A DNA stretch of 64,000 bases from Bacteroidota bacterium (lineage in GTDB: Bacteria; Bacteroidota; Bacteroidia; UBA7662; JAIXUI01). Numbering within the stretch: position 1 is the first letter of the stretch; each line of letters begins with the position of its first letter. Below, piece by piece: positions 50,502-57,774 of the stretch. The notes beneath the pieces were generated by a model, which was not told the DNA's origin, made no database searches, and was given only the letters and a program-made list of their open reading frames with translations. The stretch spans positions 15,441 through 79,440 of the forward strand of contig JAIXUI010000120.1 of the NCBI GenBank assembly GCA_027484125.1, given 5' to 3'. The translations under genes were made by a program, and so were the position numbers.

Positions 50502-52777
50502 CTAAATTCAAATTTAATTCTTGCTAGATCCAAATCTTTTTCAAAATGAGTTTTAATATTCAACTCATTTATTAACTCAGCAATAACTATTTTACTCGTT
50601 CTATTCTGCAATTCAGCAGATGTTTTACTAAAAATCGATTCACTTATATCTTCATAAACAAGCAATTCTATTAAATCATGCTCATACAACAAAGACGATT
50701 CCATTGAAAACCCTTTTTCGAATAACCTGATAATTAGCTCTTTTCTATCATGACTTTTTGCCATAAATCGTCTAACTAAAATATCAATTAGAATTTTCAA
50801 TTTATGAACATCTTCATTCCAAATTAATGACTCAGGAACAAAAATATCAACCGTACAAGGATGAAATATTTTTAAAGTTTTCCAAGATGCCTCCCAATCT
50901 GACTTGAAGGAAATAGGAGCAACAGATTCTTTACTTGAATTTAAACCTTTATCGGTTGTTTTTATGTTTAAAGCTTTTTTAAGATAGTTAAGCGAATTTC
51001 TAAGATGGTAATACAAGATAACATTAAATCTTAGAACCGCTATTCCTTTTCTGTCTGAAAGCGATGACCAGCTTTCGAATAACTCGAATTCTAGTTTTTT
51101 ATATTTCAAATATTGATCTGTCATCTTTTTTAATTGTATGTAATCAGCTTCGAGTTTTATTTTCTGATTTTCAACTTCTAATAAATCGTTTTTAATCTTC
51201 TCAATTTTAGCAATATCACTTCGAATTCTTAAATAGAATATAATTATTAAAAATACTAGAATCAGAAATGCTGTACCAACAAGAAATAAAAGCTTAATTT
51301 TCGCTTCAGAAAGTTTATCCTTAGATGTCTGTAATTCAGCTTCTCTGCTTATAACATTCCTTTGGAGCTCATTAATTTTTTTTATTTTTGAATCATCAAC
51401 TAAGTTTATGCTATTTTGCAGCTCATCATATCGGTTTGCCATTATGTTTGCGCCTTTAAAATCACCGATACTGGCTAACCAGTCTGATTTTAGTTGATAC
51501 AGCGATAGCTTAGCTTGTTTATTTGGATATGCTTCAATTAGCTTTTCCTGTTCCTCAAACAACTCCTCTAGCAACTTTACACTACCTACATTCAATAGCA
51601 AACGAATTTTTTCATCGATAGTAACTATAAGCTCCGTTGTATCATTACTACCTCTTTCAAGCTTTTCTGTAATTTCTAAATAATTTAATGCCTCATTCAC
51701 TAACCCAAGAGCCGAAGACGCTTTTGAAGCCATGAAATACGCTTGATGGGTTAGCACATCATCATTAGCAGCATTCACAAGACTTATGGCATTGTGAACC
51801 AATGAATCAGCGAGCTTCCATTCTTTTGATAGCAATGCAGCTTCAGACAGACCTAAAAATGCTTTGAGTTTGTTTTTTGGGCTGTTGATTTCTGTTGCTA
51901 TTTTCAATAAAGTTTGGAAGTTTTCCTTGGCTAATGTCGTTTCACCTAATCTAAGCTGAGCCCTGGCGGCTAGTGTGTAACCATTGCATGCTGTGAGAGG
52001 ACCTGGAATCTTTAACAAGATGTCATTCGCTTTTTCAACGAAATAGCGTACGGAATCTAGTTGGTCATTGATAAGACAAACATCTGCCAATTCAACTAGT
52101 AATTTTGCTTGAAAGCCACCCCATCCAATTCTCTCAGCTATTTTCAACGCCTCTCTGTAGTAAAAGGAAGACCATTCAAAATGTCCCTGGTTGTAGGCGA
52201 TATCACCGGATTTAGTTAAGAATTTCAACAATAAATCCTGGCTTAAACCAGTATTTTTTAAACTATCGATGACCTTATTAAGGGATTGAGGGGCATGATG
52301 AATAGCATCAGTTCTAAACCTCAGATAAGCGCGTTCTATTTCCAGATTTGTAGGTAGTGAGTGGTCAGCCCTGTCTATCAAGCGTTTAGCCGAATCAAAT
52401 TGGTCAAGGCTAATTAGAAAGTCAGCTTTCCTGAGTTGTATAGCAGCAACTAACGAATCATCCGTGGCTTTCGAAAAGGCAAGAGCCAATAAACTGTCTA
52501 TATCTTGTTGTGATTCCTTCCAATAGATTAATTTTTCTGAGGCTTGTAGTAACAACATGGTAGCTTCCGCTTCCATTTCTTTGTTTACCAGTGCGCGATT
52601 TTCAATTTTATGGTACCAGAATTTGAAATCTTGGTATTGCAGCGCATTTAATCCCACCATGGCATTGAGCGCTTCTTCTTTCAAGGTCAATTTGGATTGG
52701 CCAAACCGGCAACTTACCACTACTGTAAGTGCTACTGACAGTAGTAAAAATTGAACTAAAAACCACACCCGCCTCAT
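50498..52777 (-). CDS. TPR-repeat membrane protein with degenerate histidine-kinase-like C-terminus
   Basis: Lipobox-like VVS/C23, TPR-like repeats, TM LLFLVGTAFLILVFLIIIFY, coiled coil and YHLRNSL (H-box-like); no intact N or G boxes. Confidence 0.65.
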   Translation of the reverse strand: MRRVWFLVQFLLLSVALTVVVSCRFGQSKLTLKEEALNAMVGLNALQYQDFKFWYHKIENRALVNKEMEAEATMLLLQASEKLIYWKESQQDIDSLLALAFSKATDDSLVAAIQLRKADFLISLDQFDSAKRLIDRADHSLPTNLEIERAYLRFRTDAIHHAPQSLNKVIDSLKNTGLSQDLLLKFLTKSGDIAYNQGHFEWSSFYYREALKIAERIGWGGFQAKLLVELADVCLINDQLDSVRYFVEKANDILLKIPGPLTACNGYTLAARAQLRLGETTLAKENFQTLLKIATEINSPKNKLKAFLGLSEAALLSKEWKLADSLVHNAISLVNAANDDVLTHQAYFMASKASSALGLVNEALNYLEITEKLERGSNDTTELIVTIDEKIRLLLNVGSVKLLEELFEEQEKLIEAYPNKQAKLSLYQLKSDWLASIGDFKGANIMANRYDELQNSINLVDDSKIKKINELQRNVISREAELQTSKDKLSEAKIKLLFLVGTAFLILVFLIIIFYLRIRSDIAKIEKIKNDLLEVENQKIKLEADYIQLKKMTDQYLKYKKLEFELFESWSSLSDRKGIAVLRFNVILYYHLRNSLNYLKKALNIKTTDKGLNSSKESVAPISFKSDWEASWKTLKIFHPCTVDIFVPESLIWNEDVHKLKILIDILVRRFMAKSHDRKELIIRLFEKGFSMESSLLYEHDLIELLVYEDISESIFSKTSAELQNRTSKIVIAELINELNIKTHFEKDLDLARIKFEFR

Positions 52778-52963
52778 TGAAGTGTAAAATAAAACAATCC
52801 ATTGAATGGCACTTGTAATTATTGATTTTATAGCATGTAAAAATTATAGATCCGATACAAATGACTAATAATATTGATAATTACATTAAAATATCGCAAA
52901 TTCTGCTTAACCCAAATAACCAGGATAAATACTTACAACTCAAAATTTTCGATTTTTTTGAGT

Positions 52964-53650
52964 TCAGAACAATACTGAACCCAAATCTAACACCCTCCCT
53001 GCCTCAATTTTCAGGAGACGTTCAGGATTTTTTTCTATCAGTAGAAAGTCATGCGTTGCCATTAAAACAGCCGTTCCTTGTTTACTAATGTCTTTTAACA
53101 ACAGAACAATCTCTTGTGAGCTTTCCGGGTCTAAGTTTCCGGTAGGTTCATCAGCGATGATGCATTCCGGATTATTGAGAAGTGCTCTTGCTATACCTAA
53201 TCGCTGTTGCTCACCCCCTGAAAGCTCATAAGGCTTCCTAAAATCTTTCGTTTCAAGGCCCACCTTTTTTAGGGTTTCATGAATTCGTTCATCGATGAGA
53301 TGCTTTTCTTTCCATCCGGTAGCTTTTAAAACAAACTCTAAATTTTGAGCAGCAGTTCGATCGGTAAGTAACTGAAAATCTTGAAAAATGACCCCTAACT
53401 TGCGTCTCAACATCGGCACCTCTGCTTGTTTGATGGAAGCCAAGTTGTAACCAGCCACCACAACTTCACCAGAACCAGGCGGAATATCGGCATAGAGCGT
53501 ACGCAGCAAAGACGATTTTCCCATTCCGGTTCTACCAATTAGATAAACAAACTCTGAGGATTCTACCTCAAAGGTGACTTGAGTTAAAATCGGAATCTGA
53601 CCCTGTCGGATTTCCGCATCCTTGAGACTAATGACCACAGTTGGTTCCAT
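52964..53650 (-). CDS. ftsE: FtsE-like cell-division ABC ATPase
   Basis: GRTGMGKS, MLRRKLGVIFQDFQLL, LSGGEQQR, IADEPTGNLDP, ATHD. Confidence 0.85.
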   Translation of the reverse strand: MEPTVVISLKDAEIRQGQIPILTQVTFEVESSEFVYLIGRTGMGKSSLLRTLYADIPPGSGEVVVAGYNLASIKQAEVPMLRRKLGVIFQDFQLLTDRTAAQNLEFVLKATGWKEKHLIDERIHETLKKVGLETKDFRKPYELSGGEQQRLGIARALLNNPECIIADEPTGNLDPESSQEIVLLLKDISKQGTAVLMATHDFLLIEKNPERLLKIEAGRVLDLGSVLF

Positions 53651-53853
53651 CAGAGCACGAATTCAGTAACCTTGCTATACGGAAGTTGATCGATGAAAGC
53701 TTTGGCAGCCTCCACCCTGTCGCCAAATCCACATTCCTGCAGCCCTTTTTCAGGACGATCGGCACGAAAGTAGGCGACTAATGTAAAATTACTGTCACGA
53801 ACTTGGACGTAATCGGGGATTTTAGCCTTCCCTTTGATTTTGAGGATATACAA
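53650..53853 (-). CDS. Small conserved Bacteroidota protein (67 aa)
   Basis: YILKIKGKAKIPDYVQVRD..FTLVAYFRADRP, a recalled conserved family; TTG start; the stop overlaps the ftsE ATG. Confidence 0.7.
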   Translation of the reverse strand: MYILKIKGKAKIPDYVQVRDSNFTLVAYFRADRPEKGLQECGFGDRVEAAKAFIDQLPYSKVTEFVL

Positions 53854-53895
53854 GTTGATATGTCGTTTAACTTAGCGCCAAATTACAAACCCTCC

Positions 53896-55593
53896 ATGAC
53901 ATCAAAAGCACTTTATCTTCCAATTCTCAGCATTGCTTTTACTGCATGTGGATCATCAGCACTTTTAAAGAACCCTGATGCGTTTGCCGTAAAGTGTGAG
54001 CCTAAGATTTTAGAAAGAAAAGGCGACAGTGTTTCTTTTGAATTAAGCGCCACCATTCCCCCTAAAATTTTCGACAAAAAAGCTCAAGTGGTGGTGAAGC
54101 CCTATTTGGCAGTAGGTCAAAAACAGATTGCTTTGCCAGAGTTACTTCTTAAAGGCGAAAAAGTTGAAGGTGAAGTACAAACGGTCAATTTTGAAAAGGG
54201 CGGAAAGGTAAAGTATAACGGCACTTTCGCCTATCAAGATGGCATGGAACAGTCTGAATTGATGGCTGAACCAACACTTGTATGGAAAAAGAAAAAACAT
54301 TCCTTGAAAGCCAGAAAGTTAGCTCCAGGGGTAATTGTAAGCAGCGATTTAGCTGAAAACATGCGCCCATGGAAAGCGCTACCTATTGTACCAATTGATT
54401 CTCTCACAGAACATAAAGCCACCATCTTCTTCCTTAAAGACCAAGCGGAGTTTAGAAGTACAGAGAAAAAGCGCAAAGAAGTTGATGCGTTGGTAAAGAT
54501 GCTGAAAGGCCAAGTGGACATCAGAGATGTGCAACTTCGTGCTTTTGCATCACCTGATGGAGAGCTAGATCGCAACAGTAACCTCGCCGATGAGCGCGCT
54601 GAAAATGTGAATCAGTTTGTTTATGAAATCCTCAAAAAGAAAAAAGTAAACAAGGTTGACGAAGATGGCTTCATCAAAGATGTGAAAACCGCTGAAGACT
54701 GGGTTGGATTTTCCCAATTGGTGTCCCAAAACAATTGGAAAGGGAAGTCCATGACCGAAGCTATTTTAGCGACCACAGTTGATGAAAACGAAAAAGAGAA
54801 ATTGCTTAGGGAGAATAAAGAGAATTTCCAATTTCTGGCAGATCAAATTTTACCAAAATTACGACGCACAGAAGTGGTAATCCGAACTTCTCCACTTGAG
54901 AAAAGTTTGGGAGAACTAGTAGAGCAAGCAGTGAAAGACCCTTCAAAAATGACGGAGTCGGAATTGATAAAGGCTTATAACTTCACACAAAACGCCCCTT
55001 TAAAATCAGGCATTGCTGCCTATTTGGGTATGCGCTACCCGAATAACGCTCCATATTTGCACAACTCCGGAGTTGCGTTTATGCAGCTTAGTCCACCTAA
55101 TACCAACATGGCGATAAATGCTTTTTCAAGAGCGGCAGCAATGGAAGGCTCTGACCCACTTTCATTAGAACATTGGGGGATGGCCTTGCTGGAATCCGGA
55201 AAAACAGAAGAAGGATTAAAGAAACTGATTGCTGCTAACCAGAAAAACGGAACACTCGGAGCCGCAGCCATTGCGCCACTGTTACAGCTTGGCAGGTATG
55301 AAGAAGCACTTACGATTGCAAGCGCTACTAAGTGCACCTTTAACAAAGCTTTGGCAGAAATTTTAAATATGAAGCTGAATGATGCGGCTGAAACCATCCA
55401 GTGTGGCGAAAAAACGGCGCCTTTCTTCTACCTCCGTGCTATCATGGCAGCGAGAAAAGGCGATACAGAATTGTTAGGAACCAGCTTGGTACGTGCTATT
55501 AGCCAAGATAGCCGCTGGAGAGAAAAAGCTCGTTCTGATGCTGAATTCAGCCTTTACCGCGATCAAGAGTTTTTCAAGGTAGCCACCCGATGA
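53896..55593 (+). CDS. Lipoprotein with OmpA-like peptidoglycan-binding domain and C-terminal TPRs
   Basis: Start reassigned to 53896 (MTSKALYLPILSIAFTA/C). FASPDG...N..LADERA OmpA_C-like motif; TPR tail ending FYLRAIMAARKG...KARSDAEF. Confidence 0.75.
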   Translation: MTSKALYLPILSIAFTACGSSALLKNPDAFAVKCEPKILERKGDSVSFELSATIPPKIFDKKAQVVVKPYLAVGQKQIALPELLLKGEKVEGEVQTVNFEKGGKVKYNGTFAYQDGMEQSELMAEPTLVWKKKKHSLKARKLAPGVIVSSDLAENMRPWKALPIVPIDSLTEHKATIFFLKDQAEFRSTEKKRKEVDALVKMLKGQVDIRDVQLRAFASPDGELDRNSNLADERAENVNQFVYEILKKKKVNKVDEDGFIKDVKTAEDWVGFSQLVSQNNWKGKSMTEAILATTVDENEKEKLLRENKENFQFLADQILPKLRRTEVVIRTSPLEKSLGELVEQAVKDPSKMTESELIKAYNFTQNAPLKSGIAAYLGMRYPNNAPYLHNSGVAFMQLSPPNTNMAINAFSRAAAMEGSDPLSLEHWGMALLESGKTEEGLKKLIAANQKNGTLGAAAIAPLLQLGRYEEALTIASATKCTFNKALAEILNMKLNDAAETIQCGEKTAPFFYLRAIMAARKGDTELLGTSLVRAISQDSRWREKARSDAEFSLYRDQEFFKVATR

Positions 55594-56282
55594 TGGTAAA
55601 AGCTTCAGCAGCCATTGTACCCATTCGCTCCGAAGCACGCCATGCTTCGGAGCAAGTGAGTCAGTTGCTGAAGGGCGAATATGCAGAAGTATTGGAAACC
55701 CATGGCGATTGGCTGTTGGTTTCCTGTCTTCATGATCAATATCAAGGTTACGTGATAGGGAGACAAATGGAAGAAGTCTCTGAGGTTCTTCAACCTAGCC
55801 GTTACCAAACTGCTTTAATCGAACAAAGCACATCCGGGCTTACCTATTTTGGAACGCCCATCTATTCGGTTTCAAATACTCACTCTAACCTTCTACTCAG
55901 CTGTGAGGAGATGATTGCTTGTTCAGCTTTACTAGAAGGAGTTCCTTATCAATGGGGCGGTAGAACGAGTGCCGGGATTGACTGTTCGGGCCTGGTTCAA
56001 GTGCTATTTCGCATGGCTGGAATTTCACTTCCGCGAGATGCCAAGGACCAAGCGGTTTTAGGAGAGACCCTTTCTTTGATTCAAGAAGCCAAGCCGGGAG
56101 ACTTAGCTTTCTTCGACAATGAGCACGGAAAGATTACCCATGTGGGGTTGATTGTGGGCGAAGGCCTGATTCGACATGCGAGTCATTGGGTTAGAACAGA
56201 CCGAATAGATAGTTATGGAATCTTCACCGACCGTTGGGGCTACACCCACTCCCTTCGAATTTTGAAGCGATTTTTCAAGTAA
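55590..56282 (+). CDS. SH3 + NlpC/P60 peptidase (YkfC/dipeptidyl-peptidase VI-like)
   Basis: SEQVSQLLKGE SH3b; PYQWGGRTSAGIDCSG (Cys), PRDA, THVG (His), IRHAS. Confidence 0.9.
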   Translation: MMVKASAAIVPIRSEARHASEQVSQLLKGEYAEVLETHGDWLLVSCLHDQYQGYVIGRQMEEVSEVLQPSRYQTALIEQSTSGLTYFGTPIYSVSNTHSNLLLSCEEMIACSALLEGVPYQWGGRTSAGIDCSGLVQVLFRMAGISLPRDAKDQAVLGETLSLIQEAKPGDLAFFDNEHGKITHVGLIVGEGLIRHASHWVRTDRIDSYGIFTDRWGYTHSLRILKRFFK

Positions 56283-56295
56283 AGTAAACGCACCT

Positions 56296-56329
56296 AAAAA
56301 AAGGGCAACCCGTGGGTTGCCCTTTTTTT
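56296..56329. terminator. Bidirectional intrinsic terminator
   Basis: A7-GGGCAACC-CGTG-GGTTGCCC-T7 between convergent genes. Confidence 0.9.
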
Positions 56330-56332
56330 CTT

Positions 56333-57769
56333 TTATGCCTCAGCCATATGATCAGGAAAGATTTTTCCAGGATTGAGGATGCATTGGGGGTCGAAAACAG
56401 TTTTAATTTGCTTCATCAACATGAGTTCAACGGAAGAAAACACGATAGGCAAGTAGTTTTTCTGCACCCAACCAATTCCGTGTTCGCCTGAAATAGTCCC
56501 TTTAAGTGTTTTTACCAGTTGGAAGATTTCTTCAATCCCCTTGGTTACCTCTTCGTTCCAAGCCTTCTCACTTAACTCACCACGGATGATATTGACGTGT
56601 AAATTGCCATCGCCGGCGTGTCCATAACAAACTGATTCGAAACCATAACGAGCGCCAACAGCTTTCACGCCTTCTAAAAGTTGAGGGAGGCTAGCACGCG
56701 GAACAACCGTATCCTCTTCCTTATAAACAGAGTTAGACTTTACTGCATGGCCTACAGATCGGCGCATTTTCCATAATTGTTCTTTCTGCTCATGAGAATC
56801 GGCAAAAAGCACCTCTCCTACCTCAAATTGTTCGAGTACTTCGGTAATGATTTCGCATTCTTTGAAGAGCGCATCCTCGTGCTGCCCATCCACTTCGATT
56901 AACAGATGAGCCTGAACCTCATCGGCAAGTTGTAAGTTTTGCCCAGTATAACGAGCCGCCCAAACCAGGGCATTTCGTTCCATAAATTCCAAAGCCGAGG
57001 GAGTAACCCCTGCTCTTAATATGGCACTTACTGCTTCGCAAGCTTTAAACGGAGATTTAAAAGGCGCCAGCATCAGCAAAGTATATTTGGGGAGAGGAAT
57101 TAACCTTAGAACTGCTTTAGTGATGATACCAAGAGTTCCTTCACTTCCAACCAATAGCTGGGTGAGGTTGTAACCGGTTGCATTCTTCAAGGTATTAGCA
57201 CCCGTCCAGATGATGCTGCCATCGGCTAGGACCACTTCCAGGTTGAGGACATAATCCTTGGTGGTTCCATATTTTACTGCCTTAGGGCCACCTGCACTTT
57301 CAGCGAGGTTTCCTCCAATCACGCTGGAACCTCTGCTGGAGGGGTCAGGAGGGTAGAATAAGCCGAGAGGTTCTACAGCATCGCGGAGGGCTTGATTTAC
57401 AACGCCAGGCTCCACAGTAACCTGAAGGTTTTGCTCGTCTATTTCGAGGATGCGGTTAAGTTTTTCAGTGCTGAGCACTACGCCACCATGAACAGGCAGG
57501 GCGCCGCCACTCAGTCCGGTACCTGCTCCACGACAGGTAAGAGGGATACGATTCTTATTGCAGAATGCCGCAATTGCAGACACTTCTTCCACCGATTCGG
57601 GCTTAGCCACTATTTCGGGGAGGTAGCAGAAATCTTCCGTTTCGTCCTGTCCATACCATTTAAACTGGTCAGAATCAGGCAAAACCAAACGATCTGCAGG
57701 AACTAACCCTTTGAATTGCTCCAGCAATTCAGGGCTAAAGGAATGATAGCTCTGGGGATTCTTTGTCAT
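56333..57769 (-). CDS. FAD-binding oxidoreductase (GlcD/D-lactate dehydrogenase family)
   Basis: RGAGTGLSGG, YPPDPSS, IGGNLAESAGG, GHAGDGNLH, ISGEHGIG, ILNPGK. Confidence 0.92.
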   Translation of the reverse strand: MTKNPQSYHSFSPELLEQFKGLVPADRLVLPDSDQFKWYGQDETEDFCYLPEIVAKPESVEEVSAIAAFCNKNRIPLTCRGAGTGLSGGALPVHGGVVLSTEKLNRILEIDEQNLQVTVEPGVVNQALRDAVEPLGLFYPPDPSSRGSSVIGGNLAESAGGPKAVKYGTTKDYVLNLEVVLADGSIIWTGANTLKNATGYNLTQLLVGSEGTLGIITKAVLRLIPLPKYTLLMLAPFKSPFKACEAVSAILRAGVTPSALEFMERNALVWAARYTGQNLQLADEVQAHLLIEVDGQHEDALFKECEIITEVLEQFEVGEVLFADSHEQKEQLWKMRRSVGHAVKSNSVYKEEDTVVPRASLPQLLEGVKAVGARYGFESVCYGHAGDGNLHVNIIRGELSEKAWNEEVTKGIEEIFQLVKTLKGTISGEHGIGWVQKNYLPIVFSSVELMLMKQIKTVFDPQCILNPGKIFPDHMAEA

Positions 57770-57774
57770 GGTTT

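Noticed and set aside
52806-52822. TGGCAC upstream of the TPR pair as a second sigma54 promoter
   Set aside because: It faces away from the genes and has TA rather than GC/GA at the -12 position.
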